A DNA stretch of 64,000 nt, taken from assembly GCA_016204145.1 (NCBI GenBank), contig JACQLK010000016.1, forward strand, positions 9,181-73,180, given 5' to 3'. The number at the start of each line of letters is the position of its first letter. Within the stretch, counting starts at the first letter, position 1. A program made the translations under genes and the position numbers. Positions 27,759-36,844 of the stretch are shown piece by piece. The notes below the pieces were generated by a model that worked only from the letters and a program-made list of their open reading frames with translations, was not told the DNA's origin and did no database searches. Source of the DNA: Candidatus Pacearchaeota archaeon (GTDB taxonomy: Archaea > Nanobdellota > Nanobdellia > Pacearchaeales > GW2011-AR1).

Positions 27759-29471
27759 ATGCTCTATCGCAAACTCGCCGAATTTTACAAAGAAGCGTCG
27801 GAAAATCCGAGCCGCCTGAAAAAAACCGAAATCCTTGCAAAATTCCTCGGAGAAATTCATGAATCAGACAAGGAGGTTTTGTATCTTCTTCTCGGGGATA
27901 TTTACCCCGAATACAGCGAGAAAAAAATCGGAATAAGCAGTCAGCTTGCGATAAAAGCGATTTCAAAATCAATCGGCACGGAAAACTCGGAAGTTGTTCG
28001 CGAATGGAAAAAACTCGGCGACCTCGGACTCGTGATTGAGATGTTGAAGAAAAAAAAGAGGCAAGCGACTCTTGGCAAAAGCGATTTGACGACGCAAAAA
28101 GTTCTTGAAAACTTCAGGAAACTCCCGGAATTGGAGGGGAAAGGAACTGTTGAAAAAAAACTTTCTTTGATTGTTGAACTGTTGACTTCCGCCTCTGACA
28201 TTGAGGCGCTCTATCTCGTAAGGACTTTGATTGGCGATTTGAGAATCGGATTGAAAGAAAGCACTATCAAGGAAGCGATTGCTTCGGCGTTTTTCAGCAG
28301 CGACAAGGAGTCGGCGAAAAAAATACAGGACGCCATCGACCGCTCAAATGACATTGTGAAAGTTTTCGAAATGGCAAAGCGCGGAAAGTTGAATGAAATA
28401 GAAAACGTCTCGCTCGAAATCGGCAAGCCGATAAAAGTCATGCTTGCGCAAAAAGCGAAAACAATCGAAGAGGGATTTGAAGCCGTGGGAAAGCCGTGCG
28501 CGGTTGAATACAAATACGACGGGTTCAGAATGCTGATTCACAAAAAAGGCGACGACGTGATTCTTTTTACAAGGCGCTTGGAAAATGTCACAAAACAGTT
28601 TCCCGAAGTCGTCGATTACGTGAAAAAATATGTCGGCGGAAAATCGTTCATCCTCGATTCCGAAGCGGTCGGTTTCGACAAAAAAACAAAAGAATACAAA
28701 CCGTTTCAGGAAATAAGCCAGAGAATAAGAAGAAAATACGACATTGAAAAACTCCGCGAAGAGCTTCCTGTTGAGGTAAATGTTTTCGACATGATATATT
28801 ACGAAGGAAAGTCGCTTCTGAACGAGCCGTTTGAAAAAAGAACCGCGCTGATAAAAAAAATTCTGAAAGATCAAAGATACAAAATAATACGCGCGAAACA
28901 ATTGATTACCGGCGACGAAAAAAAAGCAAAGGAATTTTACAAACAGGCCCTGAAGGACAGACAGGAAGGCGTGATGATGAAAAACCTCGGCTCAATTTAT
29001 CAGCCGGGAAGCCGCGTCGGATTTATGCTGAAAATAAAGCCCGCGGAAAATGATTTGGATTTGGCGATTGTCGGCGCGGAATTTGGCGCCGGAAAAAGAA
29101 GCGGCTGGCTCTCAAGTTTCATTCTCGCGTGCAAGGATGAAAAATCCGGAAAATTTTTGGAAATAGGAAAAGTCGGCACCGGAATAAAGGAATTGGCTGA
29201 GTCCGAAGGCACGTCTTTCGAAGAGCTGACAAAAATGATAAAGCCGCTGATTGAAAAAGAGGACGGAAAAAGCGTGAAGATAAAACCAAAGATTGTCGTC
29301 GCTGTGACTTATCAGGAAATCCAGCGCTCGCCGACGTACAATTCGGGATTTGCGTTGAGGTTCCCCCGCTTTACCGCCCTCAGGGTTGACAAGCCGCTTT
29401 CTGAAATCACGACGCTGCGGGAAGTTGAAAAGGACTACGAAAAGCAAAAAAGAAATTTCAGATACGGATAA
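27759..29471 (+). CDS. lig: ATP-dependent DNA ligase
   Basis: adenylation motif EYKYDGFR (KxDGxR), 570 aa. Confidence 0.9.
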   Translation: MLYRKLAEFYKEASENPSRLKKTEILAKFLGEIHESDKEVLYLLLGDIYPEYSEKKIGISSQLAIKAISKSIGTENSEVVREWKKLGDLGLVIEMLKKKKRQATLGKSDLTTQKVLENFRKLPELEGKGTVEKKLSLIVELLTSASDIEALYLVRTLIGDLRIGLKESTIKEAIASAFFSSDKESAKKIQDAIDRSNDIVKVFEMAKRGKLNEIENVSLEIGKPIKVMLAQKAKTIEEGFEAVGKPCAVEYKYDGFRMLIHKKGDDVILFTRRLENVTKQFPEVVDYVKKYVGGKSFILDSEAVGFDKKTKEYKPFQEISQRIRRKYDIEKLREELPVEVNVFDMIYYEGKSLLNEPFEKRTALIKKILKDQRYKIIRAKQLITGDEKKAKEFYKQALKDRQEGVMMKNLGSIYQPGSRVGFMLKIKPAENDLDLAIVGAEFGAGKRSGWLSSFILACKDEKSGKFLEIGKVGTGIKELAESEGTSFEELTKMIKPLIEKEDGKSVKIKPKIVVAVTYQEIQRSPTYNSGFALRFPRFTALRVDKPLSEITTLREVEKDYEKQKRNFRYG

Positions 29472-29608
29472 AATAATTTTGCGCGGGAATTGTTGAAATA
29501 TGTTAATGTAAAATTATAATAAAAATATTAATATTATCGCGTCGGTTTTGCATTAACATCGGTCTCTAAGAGAAGGTAGGCGGAATAAATTTGAAAAATC
29601 AAAATTTG

Positions 29609-29670
29609 ATTGTGGGTTAAAATTTGTTTTGAACCGGGATTTTTGGCGGCGGGACAAAACTTATAAATTA
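29609..29670 (+). repeat. G-rich intergenic repeat, copy J (with TATA-like ttataaatta)
   Basis: gattgtgggttaaaatttgttttgaaccgggatttttggcggcgggacaaaacttataaatta, ends 10 nt before surface-protein ATG. Confidence 0.45.
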
Positions 29671-29679
29671 TAGTTCTTA

Positions 29680-30909
29680 ATGAATGAAATGAAAAGAGGT
29701 TTGAACGTTCTCGTTTTAGTTGCATTTTTGCTCGCGTTTCAAATTGTTCCCGTTTCCGCAGACCCTTCTTTTTCCCCGTCATCATTTTCAATCAGCCCGG
29801 GACAAAATTCATCTTTTACAATTACGATAACAAATCCAGACACTTACGCGGACACGGGATTGGCAACAAACATTACAAGAGTAAACATTACTCTTCCTTC
29901 AAGCGTTGTTTTTGTCAGCGGGACGGAAAGCACCGACTCCGCCTCGGCATTTTCAGCGACTGCAAATGTTTTGTCATGGGACAATTCTTCTTATGTCATC
30001 GGCTCATCGACAGGGGGAGACAACGTGAAAACGTTTTCATTTGTCGCAAACGCAACAACTTTGGGAATCCTCGCAATTGTCGTGAGAACAATGAACTCGA
30101 CGACGACAACGACAAAAAATATTTCCCTCACTGTCTCGGACTCTGTCGCTCCGCAAGTAACGCTCGTCAGCCCGGAGAACAACAATGAAGATGCCGACGG
30201 GGTTCTCGTATTCAGCTGCAACGCAACAGACAACCTCGCGCTAAACTCAATGAAACTTGCAATTTACTTCAACGACAGCGAAACATACGGCAACAGCATA
30301 AGCGTAAACGGAACGGCAAGCAATCAGTCAAGTTGGGATTACACATTTAACTCAAACGGAGAATACAAATGGAACTGCTTCGCAAACGACACCGCGGGAA
30401 ATTCCGCATGGGCTTCAAACAGAACGATAAAAATAGACGCGCTTTCATTGTCGGCGCAGGCATGCGCCTCAAACTGGACATGCGCTAACTGGAGCGTTTG
30501 TTCAAACGGAACTCAAACAAGAACTTGCACTGATGCAAACTCCTGCGGAAACGTAACTGGAAAGCCGGCTGAAACGCAAACGTGCACTCCCCCTTGCGCT
30601 TCGTCGTGGAAATGCGCCGATTGGACCCCCGCAAAATGTCCAAAAGATGGAAAACAAACAAGAACTTGCACGGATGCAAACGCGTGCGGCGACTTGTCGG
30701 GAAAACCGTCTGAATCCCTGACTTGCGAATACAAAAGTTCAATTGGAATTTTTGTCGCCGCGGGAATAATCCTTGCTCTGATAGCGGGCAGTGTCGGAGC
30801 GTTTTTTTATCTGAGGAAAAACAAAGTCGATGAATTGTATCCGCAATCAACTGAAAACGCAAACCAAAATTATCCGCAAAATCAGGGATATAATTTCGAA
30901 TATTCTTGA
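29680..30909 (+). CDS. surface/cell-envelope protein: signal peptide, N-glycosylation sequon-rich region, two tandem 6-Cys modules, C-terminal TM anchor
   Basis: signal MNEMKRGLNVLVLVAFLLAFQIVPVSA; tandem CASNWTCANWSVCSNGTQTRTCTDANSCG / CASSWKCADWTPAKCPKDGKQTRTCTDANACG; C-terminal IGIFVAAGIILALIAGSVGAFFYLRKN. Confidence 0.6.
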   Translation: MNEMKRGLNVLVLVAFLLAFQIVPVSADPSFSPSSFSISPGQNSSFTITITNPDTYADTGLATNITRVNITLPSSVVFVSGTESTDSASAFSATANVLSWDNSSYVIGSSTGGDNVKTFSFVANATTLGILAIVVRTMNSTTTTTKNISLTVSDSVAPQVTLVSPENNNEDADGVLVFSCNATDNLALNSMKLAIYFNDSETYGNSISVNGTASNQSSWDYTFNSNGEYKWNCFANDTAGNSAWASNRTIKIDALSLSAQACASNWTCANWSVCSNGTQTRTCTDANSCGNVTGKPAETQTCTPPCASSWKCADWTPAKCPKDGKQTRTCTDANACGDLSGKPSESLTCEYKSSIGIFVAAGIILALIAGSVGAFFYLRKNKVDELYPQSTENANQNYPQNQGYNFEYS

Positions 30910-30992
30910 ATTGTTCAATAAGTCATCACAATAAAATCTGCATCGCTTCGCTCATTATAAAAAAAATAATAACCCTAAATCTACTGATTTAT

Positions 30993-31040
30993 GTTAACAT
31001 TGGTTTCCGGGGGTGGGCGAGTTAGGGGACTTGGCGATGG
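30993..31040 (+). repeat. G-rich intergenic repeat, copy D
   Basis: gttaacattggtttccgggggtgggcgagttaggggacttggcgatgg, ~100 nt upstream of TBP. Confidence 0.55.
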
Positions 31041-31141
31041 ATAAGGAAAATATTTTGTTTAAGAAATAATTGAATTCTGTAATTTTTAAACAAAGCAAAA
31101 TATTCCTGAAGGTTTATAAATAACTTTTTCTTTAAAAAGCC

Positions 31142-31708
31142 ATGTCCGGAAAAAATTCCGCAAGCGCGTACCAAATCCAAAACATCGTCGCCACAACGTC
31201 CCTTGAAAAACCGGTTCCTCTTGTAAAACTCGCAAGAACCCAGCCAAACACGGAGTACAATCCAAAGACATTTCCCGGTTTGGTTTTAAGGGTAAAGGAG
31301 CCGAAATCGGCGGTTCTCGTATTCTCATCCGGAAACCTTGTCTGCACCGGAACAAAATCAATCGCCCAAGTGAAACAGGTCATTGACGTTGTCATAAAGC
31401 AATTGAGAAAAATAAACGTGAACGTCACCATAAAACCGAAGATAACGGTGCAAAACATCGTCGCTTCCGGAACGATAAATTTGAAATTGAACCTTAATTT
31501 TCTTGCGATTGAAATGGAAAACACGGAATACGAGCCGGAACAATTTCCGGGATTGGTTTACAAGCTGAACGAGCCGAACGCGACTTTTCTTTTGTTCAGC
31601 AACGGAAAACTCGTTTGCACCGGAACAAAAAACCGCCAACAATTGGAAGACAGCATGGACCAGCTTTTGAAAAACGTCAAAACCGCGCTGAAAAATTACA
31701 AGGGATGA
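31142..31708 (+). CDS. tbp: TATA-box binding protein
   Basis: two direct repeats each with NIVAT/S..L and LVCTGTK signature; ends with TGA stop. Confidence 0.95.
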   Translation: MSGKNSASAYQIQNIVATTSLEKPVPLVKLARTQPNTEYNPKTFPGLVLRVKEPKSAVLVFSSGNLVCTGTKSIAQVKQVIDVVIKQLRKINVNVTIKPKITVQNIVASGTINLKLNLNFLAIEMENTEYEPEQFPGLVYKLNEPNATFLLFSNGKLVCTGTKNRQQLEDSMDQLLKNVKTALKNYKG

Positions 31709-31728
31709 TATTAAAATTTTAAACAAAA

Positions 31729-32124
31729 TCAATTTCTTCTCATTCTTCTAAAATCGTTCCACTGGCGAAAATATCTCGTCACTTGTTCCGGGTCTATGAA
31801 ATAATATCCCGCTCTCTCAAAATATATCGCATTCGGATTCCATTCCGGGATGCCCTCTCGTTTGTCGTGGAAACTAAAAATTTTACCGGAACTTAAATCA
31901 GTTGTCTGCATGGACAAAATTGCGTTAGAATTCGACAACCTTGCTCTCTCTTCTGCATGAACATAAGAAATTCCTCTACCAAATTGAAATTTTGCTTCTC
32001 CGACATATCTGAAATTTTTCGCTTCTTCTCTGCCGTAAAAACGGGGATTGCAGAGGAATAATTTTCCTTCCTCAAGAAATAAATCAGCTATTAGGGGTTT
32101 TGTAAGACGAATAATTTGCTCCAT
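31729..32124 (-). CDS. hypothetical protein
   Basis: 131-aa ORF. Confidence 0.4.
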   Translation of the reverse strand: MEQIIRLTKPLIADLFLEEGKLFLCNPRFYGREEAKNFRYVGEAKFQFGRGISYVHAEERARLSNSNAILSMQTTDLSSGKIFSFHDKREGIPEWNPNAIYFERAGYYFIDPEQVTRYFRQWNDFRRMRRN

Positions 32125-32170
32125 AAAATTGGGAATATAAGAGCGTTATAAATATTGCGATGCAAAACAA

Positions 32171-32242
32171 AGCCTCCGGAGAGAGTTGAACTCCCGACCC
32201 CCGGTTTACAAAACCGATGCTCTGCCACTGAGCTACGGAGGC
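32171..32242 (-). tRNA. tRNA-Thr (anticodon TGT)
   Basis: hand-folded cloverleaf: acceptor GCCTCCG/CGGAGGC, anticodon stem TCGGT/ACCGG loop TTTGTAA, T-loop TTCAACT, 72 nt. Confidence 0.9.
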
Positions 32243-32302
32243 GTATATAAAATTTAACAGAACGGGTTATTTAAAAGATTTCTTATTTCCAAAAAGAGAG
32301 AT

Positions 32303-32848
32303 TTACTTCTCTTTTTCAACTTTTATTATCCTTATCTCGCAAAGCGAAAGCGGATAAATCTTTTTCAGTTTCACGCTTAAATTTCTCTGAAGCTCGTTCC
32401 TTATCGCTTCTTCAAAAATCTCGTCTGATTTTTTTTCCTTGATGTAATTTGAAAGTTCCTCTCTCGCTTTCAGTCGCAAGGCGTTTCTTATTTTTCTGGA
32501 GACCTTTTTTCTTGTGACGAGAAACGGCTTCAGCGTCAAAGTGGCATTCTTGCATTCCGCGGAAAAAGAATCCTCGACGTAATCCGTCCCTTTCCTGACC
32601 ATTCTTCTCAAAAAATACGGAAGAATTTTTATCTGCCTCGGAATCGCAGTTATTTCCTTGCCGTCGGATTTTATCGTCAATTGAAACAGCGCGCTCTTGC
32701 CTTTCAAAAACCTCGTCAAATCGTAATTGATTATTCTGCCGTTCAATTCTTCTTGCTCGTAGGCCTGAAGTTGCGTTTCCTTTTTTATAATCGGAATTTC
32801 AATGTCAAAAAATCTTTTTTTCTTTTTCGCCTGCGCCATGCGAGACAA
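32303..32848 (-). CDS. rps3ae: 30S ribosomal protein S3Ae
   Basis: MAQAKKKKRFFDIEIP.. N-terminus and size (181 aa) typical of S3Ae/S1e. Confidence 0.8.
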   Translation of the reverse strand: MSRMAQAKKKKRFFDIEIPIIKKETQLQAYEQEELNGRIINYDLTRFLKGKSALFQLTIKSDGKEITAIPRQIKILPYFLRRMVRKGTDYVEDSFSAECKNATLTLKPFLVTRKKVSRKIRNALRLKAREELSNYIKEKKSDEIFEEAIRNELQRNLSVKLKKIYPLSLCEIRIIKVEKEK

Positions 32849-32971
32849 CCTCCATGTTTTCTCGCGCTCTTTCCGTTTGGCGCGGAAGGGTGATTTCTTC
32901 CGACACCTTGACGGAAATCACGCAATGAAAATCACGCGGATTTTTCCTCCAATTTAATTTCTGTTTCCATT

Positions 32972-33289
32972 TTATTCCTGCAGTTGTTTTCCGCTCCTTT
33001 TATTTCTTCTGCCTTGTCGGTATTTTGATTTTCCGCAAACCGAGCAAGTGTACATTATGTTCGTCTTCTTCGTGATTTTGGATTTTCTCTTGAATTTTGA
33101 AACCGCGGGTTTGGAACCCCATTTTCCCTTGTTTCCAATCCCTCTTCCGAGTCCTCTTGCTTTAGCCCGGGTAATGCTTCCCCGAGTAAGCGTTCCTCTT
33201 TTTGCTCCCGTCGAAACGAGTTTTATTTTCTGCCCGGTTTTCTTGTTGCAATGAGAACAATATCTATTTGTGGTTTTTGGAATTTTCAT
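32972..33289 (-). CDS. rpl44e: 50S ribosomal protein L44e
   Basis: MKIPKTTNRYCSHCNKKTGQK...CSVCGK: two CxxC knuckles and very basic, L44e-like. Confidence 0.75.
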   Translation of the reverse strand: MKIPKTTNRYCSHCNKKTGQKIKLVSTGAKRGTLTRGSITRAKARGLGRGIGNKGKWGSKPAVSKFKRKSKITKKTNIMYTCSVCGKSKYRQGRRNKRSGKQLQE

Positions 33290-33400
33290 TTTTAGTGTTG
33301 GAAAATTCTAAAGTTGCAGATTTCCTATTCAAAGGAGAATCTGTTCTTTGGAATATTCATTCAATCAAAAGAAAAAGTGCGTTTTTAAAGTTAAGGTTTA

Positions 33401-33472
33401 TGGTCCTGCGAGGAATTGAACCTCGGTCTCATCCACGTCAAGGACGCGTCTTAGCCGTTGGACTACAGGACC
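33401..33472 (-). tRNA. tRNA-Val (anticodon GAC)
   Basis: hand-folded: acceptor GGTCCTG/CAGGACC, anticodon stem CGTCC/GGATG loop TTGACGT, T-arm CGAGG-TTCAATT-CCTCG, 72 nt. Confidence 0.9.
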
Positions 33473-33559
33473 TTGAACCAAAAGAAAAAATTTGTTTATA
33501 AAATCTTTTAATTCTGTGCAATTCCATAATGTATATCAAATAACAACAAATCTTAATAA

Positions 33560-34249
33560 ATGCGGCGTCTTGAAATCCGGATGATTGAAAGAAAAAGCGA
33601 CGGAATTTATGAAAGGGAGAGTATGATCGTTTCGGAAGGATTTGTCGTTGCGGACAGTTACGAAAGGTTCGGTTTAAAAAATTCTCCGTTTGAAGAATAT
33701 TTGGACGTTCCAACTTTTTTTGTCTTCAAAATAAATGAGGGCCATCCGTTGGTGTTGTTGAATACCGGCGAGAGCATGAGAGTTTATCCGAAATCAGATT
33801 TTGACGCAATTCAAGAAAAAAAACACTACCGTTTTCCGGCTCAAATGGTAGAAGACAAAATCGCCCATGATTTGGCGGCGTTTATTCTCGCCCCGTACAA
33901 CGCTCCATACAGCCGCGACAAAAATGAAAAAGGGTTTAAAAAAATAAGCGATATCGCCGGAGAACAGGACTCATTTTTGGAAAATTCTCTGTTATATATT
34001 GAGCACGGAATAAGAATTGAATCTACAACTCAAATGGTATTCCCTGTGATGCCTTCGGGGGTTATGAATTATTTTTATAATTGGGTTAGAAGAGAACACG
34101 AAATAAGCCACTATGACGATAAACTGCATAAATTTGCAAGCGACGGCAAAATAAAAATTCCAGCCGATAATGCAAGAAGCTTAACTTCTAAAGTAAACGC
34201 TTTGCTTGAAGAAAGATTCGGCGTTCCGCTTTTGTTAAAAGGACATTAA
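33560..34249 (+). CDS. hypothetical protein
   Basis: 229-aa ORF. Confidence 0.4.
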   Translation: MRRLEIRMIERKSDGIYERESMIVSEGFVVADSYERFGLKNSPFEEYLDVPTFFVFKINEGHPLVLLNTGESMRVYPKSDFDAIQEKKHYRFPAQMVEDKIAHDLAAFILAPYNAPYSRDKNEKGFKKISDIAGEQDSFLENSLLYIEHGIRIESTTQMVFPVMPSGVMNYFYNWVRREHEISHYDDKLHKFASDGKIKIPADNARSLTSKVNALLEERFGVPLLLKGH

Positions 34250-34869
34250 TATCTCTCTTTATAACGTCCGCGTTTCTCGACTTTTTCAAGCTGTTTCAAG
34301 ACCTTTTCGAAATCTTTTGAAATTTTATATCCTTTCAAAACATCGTCAAATAAAATTTTCCAGTTCCCGAAATGCTTCGCTTCCAACGCCTCTTTCAAGA
34401 GATGCAAATCAACCGCCTTGTCTTCTATTTTCCGGCTGATAAAACCCAGTCCGAAATCGATAAAATAAACTTCCGCGTTTTTGAGAATCATGTTGCTTGT
34501 CGTCAAATCACCGTGAATGATGTCGGAATCGTGGAGCTTCGCAATGCTCTCTCCGATTTTTACGCATATTTCTCCCTGTTTTTCCCGTGAAAAACCGCCT
34601 AGATTATCGGAAAGTTTTTGTCCTGCAACAAAATCAAGAACTATTTCTTTTTTCAATTCGTCAATTTTTTCAACCTTTGGAACGGGAATTATTTTTGACG
34701 CCTTCTCAAGAAGTTTCGCCTCGCTCCTTGTCCTGAATTTTCGTATTTTTTCATCCAGTTCGTGAATGCGATAGGATTTTTTTATTCTTCTCTTTATCGC
34801 ATTTTTTCCTGCCATGAAAATCACCGCTTCGGCGCCGCGCTGAATTATTTTTTCTTGCATCTTATACAA
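34246..34869 (-). CDS. bud32: Bud32/Kae1-associated RIO-type kinase (KEOPS subunit)
   Basis: GAEAVIF..catalytic loop IIHGDLTTSNMIL, DFGLG motif, 207 aa. Confidence 0.75.
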   Translation of the reverse strand: MYKMQEKIIQRGAEAVIFMAGKNAIKRRIKKSYRIHELDEKIRKFRTRSEAKLLEKASKIIPVPKVEKIDELKKEIVLDFVAGQKLSDNLGGFSREKQGEICVKIGESIAKLHDSDIIHGDLTTSNMILKNAEVYFIDFGLGFISRKIEDKAVDLHLLKEALEAKHFGNWKILFDDVLKGYKISKDFEKVLKQLEKVEKRGRYKERY

Positions 34870-35263
34870 ATTTTATTTTCTTCTCAAACAAAGAAATTCC
34901 AAAGGCGATTATGACGCTGAAATCCGCGACAAGGCAATATTTGCAATACGCCTTCAAAACAAAAATTTGCAGCGAAAGAAAATAAATTGCTATCAGCATC
35001 CCGACGAACAGCGACATTCTTATTAATTTTTCATTTTTGTTGTTTGGCTTGAATATCTGAATAATTATCGCAAGAGAAAGCAAAGAAAAAATCCCGACGC
35101 CGTAAACGCTGTTTTTTATTCCGAACATATAAGCATAAGTTGAATTTTGAATCACAGAACATCCTTGCTCAACATTGCATATTTCAGACAGCGGCTCGAA
35201 TGCAAGCACCACCGAACTTCCGAGGGCAAACAAAATAAAAACAAGCATGAACCAATATTTCAT
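34862..35263 (-). CDS. VKOR-like (vitamin K epoxide reductase family) 4-TM disulfide-forming membrane protein
   Basis: 133 aa, 4 predicted TM helices, loop cysteine pair SEICNVEQGCS and CKYC (CxxC) at start of last helix. Confidence 0.45.
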   Translation of the reverse strand: MKYWFMLVFILFALGSSVVLAFEPLSEICNVEQGCSVIQNSTYAYMFGIKNSVYGVGIFSLLSLAIIIQIFKPNNKNEKLIRMSLFVGMLIAIYFLSLQIFVLKAYCKYCLVADFSVIIAFGISLFEKKIKFV

Positions 35264-35423
35264 CCCATTAAATCAAAAAGAAAATTTAAAAACCTTTATT
35301 CGGAGTTGTTGGTTAACATTTATTTTTGCAGGCAACTGGAAACTTACCATGCAATTGGAATTTATTTTTATTATTTTTTCTCAGGAGAATGAGAGGGATA
35401 AAAAAATAAATCTGACAAAATTC

Positions 35424-36794
35424 TCAAAATCTCATCTTTTTCCCGAATTTTTTCAGCATTTTTTGCATCTGCTTCTGGCTCAATCCCCCTGAAACGTCGC
35501 CGGAAGCCATTCCGGACTTGACCATGTCATTTAACATTTTGTATTGCTTCAAAAGCGAGCGAACATCAGACGTATTTACGCCGGCGCCTTTTGCTATCCT
35601 CGCAATTCGCGGCGTTTGTTTCTCGAGGATTTCCGGGTTCTCCTTTTCCTCTTTTGTCATTGATTTTAAAATATGCTCCCATTTGGAAATTTTTTCCTGC
35701 TGGGATTCCAGCATCCCTTCTGGGATTTTACCCTGAACTTTCGCAAATCCGGGAATCATTGATTTTATTTTTTCAAAACCGCCGAGAGAATTCATTGATT
35801 TCACTTGCTCAATAACATCTTCCAATCCTATTTTTCCGCTCTCAATTTTTTTCTGCATTTCTTTTTGCTTGTCTTCGTGAGTCACGGATTTTATCTTTTC
35901 AATCAGCGATTCCAAATCCCCCATTCCGAGCAATCTTGACAAAAACGCTTTCGGATTAAATTCCTCAATGTCGTTTATTTTTTCCCCTGTTGTTATGAAA
36001 TAAACTCCCGATTTTGTTTCGGCGCAGGCGGTCAAGGCGCCCCCGCCTTTCGCAGTGCTGTCCATTCTTGTGATTATTACTCCTGAAATTTTCACCGCTT
36101 CTGTGAATTCCTGCGCCTGTTTTTTCGCCGCCTGTCCTATGTCTGCGGGCATCACAAGTATTGATTCCGTCGGAGAAATTTCCCTGTTCAATGATTTTAT
36201 TTCCTTTATCAAGTCGTCGTCAAGGGTATGCCTTCCCGCCGTATCAACAATGACAACGTCGTATTTCTTTATTTCTCCTTCAAAATTCTTCCATATTTTC
36301 ATCGGGTTTTTTTCTTTTGCATCGATTAAATAATTCAACTTGTTTTTCTCCGCGAGTTGTTTCAATTGCTCAGAGGCCGCGGGACGATGAACATCCAAAC
36401 CGAGCAAAACGACCTTGTTCCCCCTTTTTGCAAAATAATTTCCAAGCTTCGCGACAGTCGTCGTCTTTCCGGCGCCGTAAAGTCCGAGAAGCATTATCCT
36501 GTTTTGCCCTTTTTGCAATTTCAGCTTTTTTTCTTCGCCGAGAATTTTCAAAAGCTCATCGTGAAGAATTTTTATCACGTGTTCTTTTTTGTCTATCTGC
36601 TTTATCCTTTCGTCCAACGCGACCGTTCTTATTTCCTCGCTCAGCTCTTTGACGAGGGAAACGTTCACATCCGCCTCTATCAAAGCCCGCTGCAAATCGC
36701 GGATTATCGAGTCGAGAAGGTTTTTGTCCAAAAAAATCGCGTTTGCTATTTTGTCCGTCGCCTTTCTTAGGACCTCGCCGAGTTTTTCAAGCAT
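35424..36794 (-). CDS. srp54: signal recognition particle protein SRP54 (start moved to MLEKLGEVL.. at 36794)
   Basis: GLYGAGKTTT Walker A, DTAGR, M-domain Met-rich C-terminus. Confidence 0.9.
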   Translation of the reverse strand: MLEKLGEVLRKATDKIANAIFLDKNLLDSIIRDLQRALIEADVNVSLVKELSEEIRTVALDERIKQIDKKEHVIKILHDELLKILGEEKKLKLQKGQNRIMLLGLYGAGKTTTVAKLGNYFAKRGNKVVLLGLDVHRPAASEQLKQLAEKNKLNYLIDAKEKNPMKIWKNFEGEIKKYDVVIVDTAGRHTLDDDLIKEIKSLNREISPTESILVMPADIGQAAKKQAQEFTEAVKISGVIITRMDSTAKGGGALTACAETKSGVYFITTGEKINDIEEFNPKAFLSRLLGMGDLESLIEKIKSVTHEDKQKEMQKKIESGKIGLEDVIEQVKSMNSLGGFEKIKSMIPGFAKVQGKIPEGMLESQQEKISKWEHILKSMTKEEKENPEILEKQTPRIARIAKGAGVNTSDVRSLLKQYKMLNDMVKSGMASGDVSGGLSQKQMQKMLKKFGKKMRF

Positions 36795-36844
36795 TCGCCG
36801 ATTAAGTGCCCAATATTTATAAATTATCCTTGGCAATGTCAGTC

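Noticed and set aside
30993-31060. Fluoride riboswitch-like GGCGAUGG in copy D (ttggcgatggataagg)
   Set aside because: Only the first 8 nt resemble the crcB motif; the downstream pseudoknot and conserved CUGAUGA-like elements are absent, and no crcB-type gene follows.
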